Positions 41,930-57,467 are shown, numbered from the stretch's first letter. The stretch: 64,000 bases of DNA from Betaproteobacteria bacterium (GCA_028292405.1 JAQGMJ010000049.1:257353-321352); one strand, 5' to 3'. Notes: generated by a model from the letters alone, not told the origin. Made by a program: numbers and translations.

Positions 41930-44140
41930 TCATACGCGCCGGGCCACCGTGACGCCCGGCACCTCGCGCAGCAGGTCCAGCGCCTTGTTGAGCTTGGCCA
42001 GGCCGGCGACTTCGACTGTGAGTGCCATGCGCGCCACCTGCTGGCGCGAGACGCTGCGGGTGGCGGTGACGTTGACGCTTTCGCGCGAGAACACTTCGCC
42101 GATGTCGCGCAGCAGGCCGGGGCGGTCGTGCGCCTCGATCTCGACGTCGATGGCGAACAGCGCGTCCTGCTGCGTGCCCCACTGGGTTTCGATCACCCGT
42201 TCCGGACTCTTCTTGCGCAGGTTGGCGAAGTTGCTGCAGTCGGCGCGGTGGATCGACACGCCCTTGCCGCGGGTGACAAAGCCGATGATGTTGTCCGGCG
42301 GCGCCGGCTTGCAGCAGCGGGCCAACTGGGTCATCAGCCGGTCGACGCCGACGATCAGGATGCCCTTGCCGCCCTCGGCGGCGATGCGGCTCTTGCGCGG
42401 CGCCAGGGAGGTGTCTTCGCTTTCCTCCGGCGCGGCGGGCGCTTCGAAGGCGGTGGCGATCTGGCGCAGGCTCCACTCCCCGCGCGCGGCGGCGACGAAC
42501 AGCTCTTCGGTGGTCTTGAAGCCGAGGGCCTGGGCCATTTGCTCGAGGTTGGCGCCGGTGCGGCCGATACGCTGCAACTCCTTTTCCACCAGCGCGCGGC
42601 CCTGGGCGCTGGTTTCTTCCACTTCCTGCAGGTTGAACCACTGGCGCACCTTGGTGCGCGCGCGGTGGCTGACCAGGTAGCCGAGATTCGGGTTGAGCCA
42701 GTCGCGCGAGGGCCCGCCGGTCTTGGCGGTGATGATCTCGACGCGCTGCCCGTTGGCCAGCGGCGTATTCAGCGGCACCATCGCGCCATCGACCCGCGCG
42801 CCGCGGCAGCGGTGGCCGAGGTCGGTGTGCAGGCTGTAGGCGAAGTCGACCGGCGTGGCGCCTTGGGGCAGGTCGATCACCCGGCCTTGCGGCGTTAGCA
42901 CGTAGATGGTGTCGTCCAGGCGCGCCTTCAGCGTCGCCGAGCGCCAGCCGTCGGCCAGCGTGACCTCGTCGCGCCAGGCCAGCAACTGGCGCAACAGGGC
43001 AACTTTTTCGTCGAAGGCGCCGGTGCTTTTCACCGATTGCGAGGAGCTCTTGTGGCCGGCTTCCTTGTAGCGCCAGTGCGCGGCCACGCCGAGCTCGGCA
43101 TGGCGGTGCATTTCGTGGGTGCGGATCTGCACTTCCAGCGCCAGGTCGTCCGGGCCGATTACCGCGGTGTGCAGCGAGCGGTAGTTGTTGCCCTTGGGGC
43201 GCGAGATGTAGTCGTCGAACTCCTTGGGGATTGGTTGCCAGAGGTTGTGGACCACGCCCAATGCCGCATAACAGTCCTTGACGTCATCGACGAGCACACG
43301 CAGGGCGCGCACGTCGTAGAGGTCGTCGAAGGAAAGAGACTTCTGGCGCATCTTGCTGTAGATGCTGTAGATGTGCTTGGGCCGACCGGCGACGTCGGCA
43401 TTGATGCCGGCGGCGGCCAGCTCTTCGCGCAGGGTCTCGACCACCTGGACGATGTAACCCTCGCGCTCGTGGCGGCGCGCGTCGAGCATGCCGGCGATCT
43501 GCCGATAGGCCTCCGGGTTCATCAGGCGGAAGGAGAGATCTTCCAGTTCCCATTTCAATTGCCAGACGCCGAGGCGGTTGGCCAGCGGGGCGTAGAAATT
43601 GAGCGCCTCGCGCGCGGAGGCGACGGCTTGCGCCTGCTCGGGCTGGCGCGAGAAATAGCGCAGGGTCTGGGTGCGCGAAGCCAGGCGGATCAGCACCACG
43701 CGCACGTCGGCCACCATCGCCAGCAGCATCTTGCGCAGGGTTTCGATCTGGCCGTCGGCACCCTGGCCGCTCTCTTCGACGGCGGCGCGGGTGACGTCGC
43801 GCAGGGCGTGCAGGCGCGTCAGGCCGTCGACCAGGTGGGCCACTTCGGCGCCGAAGGCGGGCTCGATCTTGTCGCGCCAGTGTTCGTCCGCCTGCGGCAC
43901 GGCGAACAGCCAGCCGGCCATCAGGGCGGCATCATCCAGGCGCATTTGCGCCAACTCATGCACGATGGCCGCGGCGTGGGTGGCGATGTTCTCGCCGGTA
44001 CCAAGCGTGGACGCGCCATAGACGGCCAGCGCATGGCGCTGCGCCGCCGCGACACGCTCGTTGGCGTCGATGCCGGCGCCGGTACCGGCCTCGGCGGCGG
44101 CCCCGGGCAGCGGAATGATTTGCGCGGAAGGTCTGCTCAC
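41930..44140 (-). CDS. relA: RelA/SpoT-family (p)ppGpp synthetase (GTP pyrophosphokinase)
   Basis: 736 aa. Synthetase core 'GRPKHIYSIYSKM...YRSLHTAV...LEVQIRTHEMH', TGS domain 'IYVLTPQGRVIDLPQGATPVDFAY', C-terminal ACT domain. Confidence 0.88.
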   Translation of the reverse strand: MSRPSAQIIPLPGAAAEAGTGAGIDANERVAAAQRHALAVYGASTLGTGENIATHAAAIVHELAQMRLDDAALMAGWLFAVPQADEHWRDKIEPAFGAEVAHLVDGLTRLHALRDVTRAAVEESGQGADGQIETLRKMLLAMVADVRVVLIRLASRTQTLRYFSRQPEQAQAVASAREALNFYAPLANRLGVWQLKWELEDLSFRLMNPEAYRQIAGMLDARRHEREGYIVQVVETLREELAAAGINADVAGRPKHIYSIYSKMRQKSLSFDDLYDVRALRVLVDDVKDCYAALGVVHNLWQPIPKEFDDYISRPKGNNYRSLHTAVIGPDDLALEVQIRTHEMHRHAELGVAAHWRYKEAGHKSSSQSVKSTGAFDEKVALLRQLLAWRDEVTLADGWRSATLKARLDDTIYVLTPQGRVIDLPQGATPVDFAYSLHTDLGHRCRGARVDGAMVPLNTPLANGQRVEIITAKTGGPSRDWLNPNLGYLVSHRARTKVRQWFNLQEVEETSAQGRALVEKELQRIGRTGANLEQMAQALGFKTTEELFVAAARGEWSLRQIATAFEAPAAPEESEDTSLAPRKSRIAAEGGKGILIVGVDRLMTQLARCCKPAPPDNIIGFVTRGKGVSIHRADCSNFANLRKKSPERVIETQWGTQQDALFAIDVEIEAHDRPGLLRDIGEVFSRESVNVTATRSVSRQQVARMALTVEVAGLAKLNKALDLLREVPGVTVARRV

Positions 44141-44218
44141 AGCCCATATTTTACGGCGTTCGCCGGCGCTTCAAGTCTCTATAATGCGACCTTTAACGCA
44201 TATATAAATACATTCCCC

Positions 44219-45163
44219 GTGTCCTCGATCCCATCCCGCAACGGCGCGGGGCTGGTGCGCTTTTTCACTTCGCCATACACGTTGCTGACCCTGACGGCCC
44301 TGTTCTGGTCGATCAACTGGGTGATGGCGCGCGGCCTGCGCATGCAAAGCGGGCCGATGATGATCGCTTTTGGCCGCTGGGCCCTGGCCGCGCTGATGAT
44401 CCTGCCTTTCGCCTGGCCGCATGTGCGCCGCGAGCATGCCGAGATGCGCCGGCACTGGGGTCTGCTGGCCTTTCTCGCCGTCACCGGCGCGGGCGCGTAC
44501 AACGCGCTCACCTACATGGGAATGCAATACACCACGGCGATCAACGGCATGCTGCTCAACACCCTGGTGCCGTTCATCATCATGGCGCTTTCCTGGGCCT
44601 TTATCGGGGAGAAACTCGGCGGCCGGCAGGTCTCGGGAATCTGCGTTTCCTTTTGCGGCGCCCTGTGGATCGTCGCGCAGGGCGAATGGGAACGCTTGCT
44701 GCATCTGAACTTCAACGTCGGCGACATGGTGGTGGGCGTGGCGATGGTGTTGTGGGCGGTGTACACCATCGTCTACAAGCGCCGGCCGCTGCAGTTGCAT
44801 CCGCTTTCCTACCTGGCGGCGATCACCTATATCGGGCTGCTGACACTGGCGCCGTTTGCCGCATGGGAATACCTGTCGCGGCCGCCGCGGGTGACCCAGG
44901 AGCTGATCGGCGCGTGGATATATATGGGCGCGTTTCCCTCCATTGTCTGTTATCTTTTTTGGGGCAAGGGCGTGGCGGCGATCGGGCCGACGCGCGCCGG
45001 GCCGTTCCTGTACCTGTTGCCGGTATTCGGCGCCTTCGTCTCCCACATGGCACTGGGGGAAGAGTTGCGCCTTTATCACGTTGCCGGCTTTGCGCTGATC
45101 CTGGGCGGCCTGGTGATCAGCAACCGCAGCGCAGCGCGCGAAGCGCAGGGCGCCGATGTTTGA
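44219..45163 (+). CDS. EamA/DMT-family transporter
   Basis: 10-TM-like hydrophobic profile with two EamA halves. GTG start at 44219 or 44255. The upstream part of ORF 43037..45163 is the relA antisense shadow. Confidence 0.8.
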   Translation: MSSIPSRNGAGLVRFFTSPYTLLTLTALFWSINWVMARGLRMQSGPMMIAFGRWALAALMILPFAWPHVRREHAEMRRHWGLLAFLAVTGAGAYNALTYMGMQYTTAINGMLLNTLVPFIIMALSWAFIGEKLGGRQVSGICVSFCGALWIVAQGEWERLLHLNFNVGDMVVGVAMVLWAVYTIVYKRRPLQLHPLSYLAAITYIGLLTLAPFAAWEYLSRPPRVTQELIGAWIYMGAFPSIVCYLFWGKGVAAIGPTRAGPFLYLLPVFGAFVSHMALGEELRLYHVAGFALILGGLVISNRSAAREAQGADV

Positions 45164-45977
45164 AGCCCTGGCGCGCTGGCGGCGGCGGCGCTTGCTGGAA
45201 AAATATGCATTTCCCGACAAGGACTGGGACGAGGCGCTGGCGCCGTTCCGCTTTTTCGACAGGCTGTCCGGCGAGGAACGCCGGCGCCTGCGTGAACTGG
45301 TGTCCCTGTTTTGCGCCGAAAAGGAATTTGCCGGGGCCGGCGGTTTCGAGGTCACCTTGCGGGTGCAACTGACCATCGCAGCCCAGGCCTGTCTGCCCAT
45401 TCTCAACCTCGACCTGGCCTTTTACCGCGACTGGCGCAGCATCGTGGTCTATGGCGGCGAGGCGCTGAAAGTGCGCCGCGAGGTGATGGACGACGCCGGC
45501 GTGGTGCATCAGTATGAGGACGAAATCGTCGGCGAGGCCGGGGTCGGCGGGCCGCTGGTGCTGGCCTGGCAAAGCGTGATGGAGGAGCTGCCGGGGGAGG
45601 AACCGGTGTGCAACGCGGTGATCCACGAATTCGCGCACCGCATCGACGGCCTCAGCGGCGAGACCAACGGCGCGCCGCCCTTGACCCGCAAGTTTCACGC
45701 GGGTATGACGCGCGCTGATTGGCAGGCGACCATGCGTTACGCCTACGATGAATTCTGCGCCGAAGTCGGGCGCTGGGAAGCGCGCGGCGAGCGCGGGCAT
45801 GAAATGCCGCTGATCGACCCCTACGCGGCTGAAGACGCAGGCGAGTTCTTCGCCGTGGTCTCGGAGGTGTTTTTTGTCCGGCCGTCCGAGTTGCACGGCC
45901 GTTTTCCGGAGTTGTACCGGCTGCTGGCGCGCTATTACCGCCAGGAGCCGCTGGGCAGCGAGGGGCAGGGCGCCTAG
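45156..45977 (+). CDS. mtfA: M90-family zinc metallopeptidase (MtfA-like)
   Basis: '[24 protein letters not shown]' HExxH region and '[11 protein letters not shown]'. Length about 270 aa. Confidence 0.72.
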   Translation: MFEALARWRRRRLLEKYAFPDKDWDEALAPFRFFDRLSGEERRRLRELVSLFCAEKEFAGAGGFEVTLRVQLTIAAQACLPILNLDLAFYRDWRSIVVYGGEALKVRREVMDDAGVVHQYEDEIVGEAGVGGPLVLAWQSVMEELPGEEPVCNAVIHEFAHRIDGLSGETNGAPPLTRKFHAGMTRADWQATMRYAYDEFCAEVGRWEARGERGHEMPLIDPYAAEDAGEFFAVVSEVFFVRPSELHGRFPELYRLLARYYRQEPLGSEGQGA

Positions 45978-46393
45978 CCGCGCACCGCGCTTTCGGGCTC
46001 GAACTGGGTCAGGTCGACGCGCGACGCCGGTGTCCAGCCTTTTTTGCGGTGCTCGACCACCACATTGGTGAAAATGCCGCCGCGAACGAAGAATTTGGCG
46101 GTCAGGCGGGCGTAGCGCGGGGAAATCGCCGTCACCACGTCGTCGAGGATCTGGTTGGTGACTTTTTCGTGGAACGCGCCTTCGTTGCGGTAGGACCAGA
46201 TATACAGCTTCAGGGCCTTGAGTTCGACGCATTTCTTGTCCGGCACGTAGTCCAGCACCAGGGTGGCGAAGTCGGGCTGGCCGGTCATCGGGCACAGGCA
46301 GGTGAACTCCGGAATCTGCATGTGGATATGGAAGTCGCGCCCGGGCGCCGGGTTGGGGAAAGTCTCTAGCTTTTTGGTCGGTTTGGTGGCCAT
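45974..46393 (-). CDS. queF: NADPH-dependent 7-cyano-7-deazaguanine reductase (unimodular QueF)
   Basis: '[48 protein letters not shown]' is the QueF signature. Start at ATG 46393. Confidence 0.9.
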   Translation of the reverse strand: MATKPTKKLETFPNPAPGRDFHIHMQIPEFTCLCPMTGQPDFATLVLDYVPDKKCVELKALKLYIWSYRNEGAFHEKVTNQILDDVVTAISPRYARLTAKFFVRGGIFTNVVVEHRKKGWTPASRVDLTQFEPESAVRG

Positions 46394-46603
46394 GATGCGG
46401 CCGCTTGTCAAGAGCGGAAAGGTTGGGTCAGGGTGGTATTATAAGAGTCCGATAGAGCCGGCGCCGGGTGTTTTCCTACCATGCCGCCGGGTTTGCGTAG
46501 CAACAAGAGGGCGGCGCCGGGTTTTTCGCGGCGCCGCCGGAACAAAACCCGCGCATTATCGTCTTTCCATCTCCGGCATCATCTTCTCGTAGAGTCTGTT
46601 TCC

Positions 46604-49600
46604 GTGCGGCTTACCTCCATCAAACTTGCCGGGTTCAAGTCCTTCGTGGACCCGACCAATGTCGGCGTGCCCGGCCAGCTGGTCGGCATCGTCGGCCCGA
46701 ACGGCTGCGGCAAATCCAACATCATCGACGCCGTGCGCTGGGTGCTGGGCGAGTCCAAGGCCTCGGCCCTGCGCGGCGAATCGATGCAGGACGTGATTTT
46801 CAACGGTTCGACCTCGCGCAAGCCGGTCTCGCGCGCCAGCGTCGAACTGGTGTTCGACAACACGGACGGCAAGGCGCACCCCGGCATGGGGCAGTGGGGC
46901 ACGTACGCCGAAATCGCCGTCAAGCGCCTCCTGACGCGCCAGGGCGAGTCGAGCTACTTCATCAACAACCAGCAGGTGCGCAAGCGCGACGTGCAGGACA
47001 TTTTCCTCGGTACCGGCCTGGGCGCGCGCGCCTACGCCATCATCGAGCAGGGCATGATCTCGCGGGTGATCGAGGCCAAGCCGGAAGAACTGCGGGTGTT
47101 TCTGGAAGAAGCCGCGGGCGTTTCGCGCTACAAGGAGCGCCGCAAGGAGACCGAAAGCCGGCTTTCCTCCGCGCGCGACAACCTGACCCGCGTCGAAGAC
47201 ATCCGCCGCGAGCTGGACAGCCAGTTGAGCAAGCTGGAAGAGCAGGCCACGGTGGCGCAGACCTACCGCGACCTGAATGCCGAGCAGACCGAAAAACAGC
47301 ACCTGCTGTGGCTGCTCAAGCGCAACGAAGCCGGCGCCGAGCAGGAAAAGCACACGCGCGAAATCGAGCGCGTCACCAATGAACTGGAAGGCGAGACCGC
47401 CTCCCTGCGCAACTTTGAAAAGCTGGTGGAGGAAATGCGCGCCGCGCATTACGCCGCCGGCGACCGCCTGCATGGCGCGCAGGGCGAGCTGTACAACGCC
47501 GGCGCCGAAGTCAGCCGCCTGGAAGCGGAAATCAAGGGCCTGCTGGATACGCGCCAGCGCCTGTCCAACCAGTTGACCCAACTGGCCGCGCAGGAAGCGG
47601 CCTGGACCACCCAGGGCGCGCAGACTTCCGCCGACATCGAACACTGGAAGATCGAAACCCAGAACGCCGCCGAGAAAAGCGAAGAGACGGCGATGATCGC
47701 CGCCGAGCGCGCCGAGCGCCTGCCCGAAGCCGAAACCGCCGCGCGCGACGCGCAGGATCGCCTGGTTTCCGTGCGCGGCGAGGTGATGCAGACCGAGCAG
47801 CAGCTGCAGCTCGAAGGCGCGCACCAGGGCAATGCCCAGCGCGCGCTGGAAAATCTCGGCATGCGCCGCGAACGCCTGGTGTCCGAACAAAAGGTCCTGA
47901 ACCGCCCGGACGAGGATGCGATCAACCGCAAGCGCGAAGAGCGCGAGCGCCGCGAGGCCGAGCTCGAAGAGCGCGAAATCCAGCTGCAAGGCCTGGAAGA
48001 GGCGCTGCCCGGCGCGACCGCCGAGCGCGACGCCGCCCAGAGCGCGCTGCAAAATCTCACCCGTGAAGCGCATGAGACCGAAGCGCGAATCGCCGCGCTG
48101 AAAAGCCTGCAGGACAGCGTGCAAAAGAGCGGCAAGCTGCAGCCCTGGCTGGAAAAGCATGAACTGGCCGGCCTGCCGCGCCTGTGGCAGCGCCTGCATG
48201 CCGAGCCGGGCTGGGAAGCGCCGATCGAATCGGTGCTGCGCGAGCGCCTGGCGGCGCTGGAAATCCGCAATCTCGATTGGGCCAAGGGCTTTTTCAATGA
48301 CGCGCCGCCGGCCAAGCTGGCTTTTGTCACGCTCGGTGCGATAGAGACGGGTCTTCCGGCCCCGGCTGGCCTGACGCCGCTGATTTCGCATATCCAGATC
48401 GACGACGCCAATGTGCGTGGCCTCCTGGCCGACTGGCTAACCGGCTGCTACGCCGCCGAGTCGGTCGAAGAGGCTTATGCGCGCCGCGCCGAATTGCCGG
48501 CAGGCGCGGTGTTCATCACCCGCGCCGGCCACCAGATCGGCCGCCAGGCAGTGAGTTTTTACGCCGCCGACTCCGAGCAGGCCGGCATGCTGGCGCGGCA
48601 AAACGAGATCGACAATCTCGGCAAGCACCTCAAGGCCAAGCACCTGCACCTGGACGAAGCGCGCGCCAATGCCGCGCGTACCGAGGCCGCGGTGACGCGC
48701 CTGAACGGGCAGATTGCCGACAGCCGCCCGGCCACGCAAAGCGCGCGTCAGCGCATGCACGAACTGCAGCTCGACGTGGTGAAAGACGAAGAGGCCCTGG
48801 CGCGCTATAACGAGACCGCCGGGCGCATCGAATCGGCGCTGGCCGAAATCACCGCGCACGAAGAAGAGGAAAAGGCGCGCCTGGTAGAGGCGGAAGAAAA
48901 ATTTGCCCAGCTCGACGAGGCTACCGCCGTGGTGCAGGAGCGCCTGGAAGAAGCGCGCACCGCTGCCGAAAACGCGGATGCCAAGCTGGCCGCCGAACGC
49001 GAGGCCGTGCGCCAGACCGAACGTGAAGCGCAGGAAGCCGAGTTCCACGCGCGCCAGTGCCGCGCCAAGATTCTGGAGCTGGAAAACAACGCCAAGAGCA
49101 TCGCCGGGCAAATCGAGCGCGTCGCCACCGAAGCCGTCACCGTGCGCGCCGAGCTCGACACCCTGCACGACGAGACCATGCAGAATGGCCTGCAGGAGGC
49201 CTTAGACCTGCGCCTGGAGCGCGAGCAGGCCCTGGCGCGCGTGCGCACCGAACTCGACGGCCTGACCACGCAGCTGCGCGGCATGGACGAAGACCGCCTG
49301 AAGTCCGAGCAAAAACTCGACCCGCTGCGCAACAAGGTCGGCGACCTGCGCTTGAAAGAGCAGGCGGCCCGGCTGGCGCAGGAGCAATTCGCCACCTTGC
49401 TGGCCGAAGCGCAGGCCGACGAAGCCGGCTTGACGCCCAAGCTGGAAGGCGCGCGCGCCGGCTGGCTGGGCAGCGAGGTTTCGCGCCTGGCGCAGGAAAT
49501 CGCCGCCCTGGGCGCGGTCAACCTGGCAGCGCTGGAAGAACTCACCAGCGCGCGCGAGCGCAAGGGCTTCCTCGATGCGCAGTTCAACGACCTGACCGAG

Positions 49601-50131
49601 GCTGTCACCACCCTGGAAGACGCGATCCGCCGCATCGACAAGGAAACCCGCGAGTTGCTGAAGGAAACCTTCGACGCGGTAAACAAGAATTTCGGCGAGC
49701 TGTTCCCGGCCCTTTTCGGCGGCGGTGAAGCCAAGCTGATCATGACCGGCGACGAGATTCTCGACGCCGGCGTGCAGGTGATGGCGCAGCCCCCGGGCAA
49801 GAAGAACGCCTCCATCCACCTGCTGTCCGGCGGTGAAAAGGCGCTTACCGCGACTTCGCTGGTGTTTGCCCTGTTCAAGCTTAACCCCGCGCCCTTCTGC
49901 CTGCTCGACGAGGTGGACGCGCCGCTGGACGACCCCAACACCGAGCGCTTCTGCAAGCTGGTGCGCAAGATGGCCGAGGAGACGCAATTCGTCTTCATCA
50001 GCCACAACAAGATCGCGATGGAAATGGCCACGCAGTTGATCGGCGTCACCCAGCAGGAACTCGGGGTGTCGCGCATCGTCGCGGTGGACATGGAAGAAGC
50101 GGCGCGCCTGCGCGAACCGGTCGCTGCCTGA
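46604..50131 (+). CDS. smc: Chromosome segregation protein SMC
   Basis: GTG start 'VRLTSIKLAGFKSFVDPT...GPNGCGKSNIIDA' (Walker A), long coiled coils, hinge, 'LSGGEKALTA' signature and 'LLDEVDAPLD' Walker B. Confidence 0.92.
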   Translation: MRLTSIKLAGFKSFVDPTNVGVPGQLVGIVGPNGCGKSNIIDAVRWVLGESKASALRGESMQDVIFNGSTSRKPVSRASVELVFDNTDGKAHPGMGQWGTYAEIAVKRLLTRQGESSYFINNQQVRKRDVQDIFLGTGLGARAYAIIEQGMISRVIEAKPEELRVFLEEAAGVSRYKERRKETESRLSSARDNLTRVEDIRRELDSQLSKLEEQATVAQTYRDLNAEQTEKQHLLWLLKRNEAGAEQEKHTREIERVTNELEGETASLRNFEKLVEEMRAAHYAAGDRLHGAQGELYNAGAEVSRLEAEIKGLLDTRQRLSNQLTQLAAQEAAWTTQGAQTSADIEHWKIETQNAAEKSEETAMIAAERAERLPEAETAARDAQDRLVSVRGEVMQTEQQLQLEGAHQGNAQRALENLGMRRERLVSEQKVLNRPDEDAINRKREERERREAELEEREIQLQGLEEALPGATAERDAAQSALQNLTREAHETEARIAALKSLQDSVQKSGKLQPWLEKHELAGLPRLWQRLHAEPGWEAPIESVLRERLAALEIRNLDWAKGFFNDAPPAKLAFVTLGAIETGLPAPAGLTPLISHIQIDDANVRGLLADWLTGCYAAESVEEAYARRAELPAGAVFITRAGHQIGRQAVSFYAADSEQAGMLARQNEIDNLGKHLKAKHLHLDEARANAARTEAAVTRLNGQIADSRPATQSARQRMHELQLDVVKDEEALARYNETAGRIESALAEITAHEEEEKARLVEAEEKFAQLDEATAVVQERLEEARTAAENADAKLAAEREAVRQTEREAQEAEFHARQCRAKILELENNAKSIAGQIERVATEAVTVRAELDTLHDETMQNGLQEALDLRLEREQALARVRTELDGLTTQLRGMDEDRLKSEQKLDPLRNKVGDLRLKEQAARLAQEQFATLLAEAQADEAGLTPKLEGARAGWLGSEVSRLAQEIAALGAVNLAALEELTSARERKGFLDAQFNDLTEAVTTLEDAIRRIDKETRELLKETFDAVNKNFGELFPALFGGGEAKLIMTGDEILDAGVQVMAQPPGKKNASIHLLSGGEKALTATSLVFALFKLNPAPFCLLDEVDAPLDDPNTERFCKLVRKMAEETQFVFISHNKIAMEMATQLIGVTQQELGVSRIVAVDMEEAARLREPVAA

Positions 50132-50191
50132 GTCCCTTCACCGCAATCCACTCCACCTTGACCGCCGCATCCTGCTCCCCGTCCTCCCCGA

Positions 50192-54213
<4,022 letters not shown>

Positions 54214-54217
<4 letters not shown>

Positions 54218-54783
54218 CCGAAGACGGAGCAGCGGACAAAGCCGCGGACGAAGCGGCGAAACTGCTCGCCGAGGCCGATCTGCTGGTCAGCCAGGCCGAT
54301 TGCAGCGCCGCCACCGCGCGCGTGGCGCGGGAGATCAAGGCCAGGGTGGGCAATGATTTTCCGCTGGTGCTGGCGGTCATGGGCGGTGCGGTGGTGTTTG
54401 CCGGCCAGTTGCTGCCGCAACTCGACTTCCCGCTTGAATTCGATTATGTGCACGTCTCGCGCTACGGCGACAAGCTCTCCGGCGGCAAGCTCAACTGGAA
54501 GGTCGAACCGAAGGAAAGCGTGCAGGGACGCACGGTGCTGGTGATCGACGATATTCTCGACGAGGGCGAGACCATGGCCGCGATCCGCGAACGCGTGATG
54601 GCCCTGGGCGCCGCCGCCTGCTATGCGGCGGTATTCTGCGAAAAGACCCTGGACAAACCGAAGCCGACCAGGCCGGATTTTCTCGGTGTCACCGTGCCGA
54701 ACCGCTATGTCTTCGGCTACGGCATGGACGCCGCCGGCCTGTGGCGCAACCTGCCGGCCGTGTACGCGCTTAAAGGTTCGTAG
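54214..54783 (+). CDS. hpt: Hypoxanthine-guanine phosphoribosyltransferase-like PRTase
   Basis: PRPP-binding '[14 protein letters not shown]'. ATGA overlap with the galU stop. Confidence 0.8.
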
Positions 54784-54834
54784 ACTCAAAGGTCCGCAAA
54801 CAAAGATTCGTAAACTCAAGGCCTCGCAAGCAAT

Positions 54835-55629
54835 ATGTACGCAATTATCGGTGGCACCGGGCTGAACAAGCTGGCCCACCTGGAAATCGTGCGCCGCGAA
54901 GTGATGCGCACGCCTTACGGCGAGCCGTCGGGCGCGCTGACCTTCGGTCAGCTGGGCGGGCGCGACGTGGTGTTCCTGGCGCGCCACGGCTACGGCCACA
55001 CCATTCCGCCGCACAGGATCAACTATCGCGCCAACATGTGGGCGCTGCGCGACGCCAAGGTCGACGGCGTACTTGCGGTCACGTCAGTCGGCGGCATCCG
55101 CAAGGAGTTCGGTACCGGCGTACTGGTGGCGCCGGACCAGATCATCGACTACACCTATAGTCGCGGCCATACCTATTTCGACGGCACCGGCGCCCCGGTG
55201 ACGCACGTCGATTTCACCTGGCCTTACACGCAGGCCTTGCGTGAGCGCCTGCTGGCGGCGGCGAGCGCCGCCGGGGAACTGGTGCACGACGGCGGCGTTT
55301 ACGGCGCCACCCAGGGGCCGCGGCTGGAAACCGCGGCGGAAATCGCCCGCATGCAGCGCGACGGTTGCGACCTGGTCGGCATGACCGGCATGCCGGAGGC
55401 GGCGCTGGCGCGCGAACTGCACCTGCCATACGCCTGCCTCTCGATGGTGGTCAACCATGCCGCCGGCCTGGGCGACAGCAAGCAGATGATTTCGGTGGAG
55501 CATTTAGACGAGATGGCGCAAAAGGCGATGGAGCGCGTGCACCGCATCCTCGAATGCTTTGCCGCCCAGCCGGCGCCGCCTGCTAATACCGATCCGCAAC
55601 CGCAAAGCGTTGCGGCGCATACCGGCTGA
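54835..55629 (+). CDS. S-methyl-5'-thioadenosine/thioinosine phosphorylase (PNP family 2)
   Basis: '[10 protein letters not shown]', '[25 protein letters not shown]', '[14 protein letters not shown]'. Confidence 0.85.
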   Translation: MYAIIGGTGLNKLAHLEIVRREVMRTPYGEPSGALTFGQLGGRDVVFLARHGYGHTIPPHRINYRANMWALRDAKVDGVLAVTSVGGIRKEFGTGVLVAPDQIIDYTYSRGHTYFDGTGAPVTHVDFTWPYTQALRERLLAAASAAGELVHDGGVYGATQGPRLETAAEIARMQRDGCDLVGMTGMPEAALARELHLPYACLSMVVNHAAGLGDSKQMISVEHLDEMAQKAMERVHRILECFAAQPAPPANTDPQPQSVAAHTG

Positions 55630-55636
55630 GGCGCGC

Positions 55637-56170
55637 ATGATCCGTCCGATACTCAAGATGGGCGAGCCCAGCCTTTTCGAGGCCTCGGCCAAGGTGGAGG
55701 AATTCGGCACGCCGGAATTGCGCGAATTGATTGCCGACATGGAAGACACCATGAAGGCGGCCAACGGCGCCGGTATCGCCGCGCCGCAGATCGGCGTCAA
55801 CCTGCAGGTGGTGATATTCGGCTCCGACGAGATCAATCTGCGTTACCCGGACGCGCCAGTGGTGCCGCGCACCACCCTGATCAACCCGGTGATCGAGCCG
55901 CTGGACGACGAGAAGGAAGAGGGCTGGGAAGGCTGCCTGTCGGTGCCCGGCATGCGCGGCGTGGTGCCGCGCTACACGCGCATCCGCTACACCGGTTTCG
56001 ACGAGCAGGGCCAGCCGATCGACCGCGAGGCCGAGGGCTTTCACGCGCGGGTGGTGCAGCATGAGTGCGACCACCTGTGGGGCATCCTGTACCCGATGCG
56101 TATCGAGGACATGAGCCGCTTCGGCTATACCTCGGTACTGTTTCCCGAGCTGGACGACGCCGACGACTGA
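55637..56170 (+). CDS. def: Peptide deformylase
   Basis: Motifs 'GIAAPQIG', 'EGCLSVPG', 'HECDHL'. Confidence 0.92.
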   Translation: MIRPILKMGEPSLFEASAKVEEFGTPELRELIADMEDTMKAANGAGIAAPQIGVNLQVVIFGSDEINLRYPDAPVVPRTTLINPVIEPLDDEKEEGWEGCLSVPGMRGVVPRYTRIRYTGFDEQGQPIDREAEGFHARVVQHECDHLWGILYPMRIEDMSRFGYTSVLFPELDDADD

Positions 56171-56187
56171 GGCTTTCGCTGCGCCAG

Positions 56188-56222
56188 ACAAAAGCCCCGC
56201 CGAATGGCGGGGCTTTTGTTCG
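56188..56222. terminator. Bidirectional rho-independent terminator (def / EF-hand gene)
   Basis: AAAGCCCCGCC-gaat-GGCGGGGCTTT followed by TGTT. Confidence 0.7.
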
Positions 56223-56230
56223 TTGCGGCC

Positions 56231-56641
56231 TTACTTGGCCGGCGCGGGCGCCGCCGGAGCGGCGGGAGTGGGCGCCGGAGTAGCCGGGCTGGCCGTGGCG
56301 CCTTTCTTGTGCATGGCCTTGTGGGCCTTGCGGAAGGCCTTCATCTCGGCCTTGCTCAGCTTGCCGTCCTTGTTGGTGTCGATGGCGTCGAAGTTTTTCG
56401 ACAGGCGGGTCAGCTTGGCGCCATCGACTTCGGATTTGCTTAGCATGCCGTCGCCGTCCTTGTCGGCGGCTTTCAGGCGCGCGCGATGGTGATGCTTGGC
56501 CGCTTTGGCGGGCGTGGTGGCAGGCGAGGTGGCGGGCGCGGGCGTACTGGCAGCCGGGGCGGGGATGCCGGTCTGGGCGAAAGCGAAAGCCGGGAGCATC
56601 GCGATGGCGGAGACCAGGGTCAGGCGTTTGAGGACGTTCAT
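56231..56641 (-). CDS. Periplasmic EF-hand calcium-binding protein
   Basis: Signal peptide 'MNVLKRLTLVSAIAMLPAFAFA'. Two EF loops, 'DKDGDGMLSKSE' and 'DTNKDGKLSKAE'. Confidence 0.75.
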   Translation of the reverse strand: MNVLKRLTLVSAIAMLPAFAFAQTGIPAPAASTPAPATSPATTPAKAAKHHHRARLKAADKDGDGMLSKSEVDGAKLTRLSKNFDAIDTNKDGKLSKAEMKAFRKAHKAMHKKGATASPATPAPTPAAPAAPAPAK

Positions 56642-56810
56642 TTTTCATCTCCTTGGTGGTGGGCTTCAAGTTGAAGCCGTCTGTGCAATTAACGGGGGGT
56701 GCGTGTCCCGGGTGCACGGACTTTACAGCCAGTTACAAACCGGGCGGCGGCGCCTGAACCGGGTGCGGGCAACCGGGGGTGCCGGTGATGCAAAGCGGTA
56801 AAATCACGCC

Positions 56811-57467
56811 ATGTCACTTATTTCCAGCCCTGCCGCCAGCGCGGTCTACGATCCGGGCTGCCGGGATTGCCCGCGCCTTGCCACTTTTCTCGACAAGGTC
56901 AAGGCGGCCAACCCGACTTATGTCTGCAAGCCGGTGCCGCCCTTCGGCGCCGCCGAAGCGCCGCTGGTGATCGTTGGCCTGGCGCCGGGGATGCACGGCG
57001 CCAATCGTACCGGGCGGCCGTTCACCGGCGACTACGCGGGCTACCTGCTCTACGATACGATGCGCAAATACGGCTTTGCCCGCGGCGCGTTTTCGCCCGA
57101 CGGCGATGACGATCTGGCGCTGACCGGCAGCCGCATCAGCAATGCGGTGAAGTGCCTGCCGCCGGACAACAAGCCGGAGCCGTCCGAAATCAAGCTTTGC
57201 AACCACTATCTGGCGGCCGACCTGGCGCAGCCCGGCGCGAGAGTATTGCTGGCGCTGGGCACCATCGCGCACGGCGCCATCTTGACCGCGCTGGGGATGA
57301 AGAAATCGGCCTTCGGCTTCAAGCATGGAACGGTGTACCCGCTCCCGGGCGGCAGGCATTTGCTCGACAGCTATCACTGCAGCCGTTACAACACCAACAC
57401 CCGGCGCCTGACCACGGAAATGTTCGAGGCGGTGTTCGCGCAGGCGCGCGCGCTGGTGGATGCATGA
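56811..57467 (+). CDS. Uracil-DNA glycosylase superfamily protein (family 4/5-like)
   Basis: '[25 protein letters not shown]' motif A and 'HCSRYNTNT' motif B. Confidence 0.8.
   Translation: MSLISSPAASAVYDPGCRDCPRLATFLDKVKAANPTYVCKPVPPFGAAEAPLVIVGLAPGMHGANRTGRPFTGDYAGYLLYDTMRKYGFARGAFSPDGDDDLALTGSRISNAVKCLPPDNKPEPSEIKLCNHYLAADLAQPGARVLLALGTIAHGAILTALGMKKSAFGFKHGTVYPLPGGRHLLDSYHCSRYNTNTRRLTTEMFEAVFAQARALVDA

Noticed and set aside
43037-44218. N-terminal 394 aa of ORF 43037..45163
   Set aside because: This part is antisense to relA and low-complexity. Only the hydrophobic EamA-like portion, from a GTG near 44219, is credible.
45974-45977. Convergent mtfA-like and queF genes sharing a palindromic CTAG as overlapping stop codons
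   Set aside because: The observation is real but trivial. A 4-nt convergent overlap has no evident regulatory meaning.
46394-46603. preQ1 riboswitch upstream of queF
   Set aside because: I could not see the compact preQ1-I/II hairpin-pseudoknot signature by eye in the queF 5' region, so it is not reported. A covariance-model scan would settle it.
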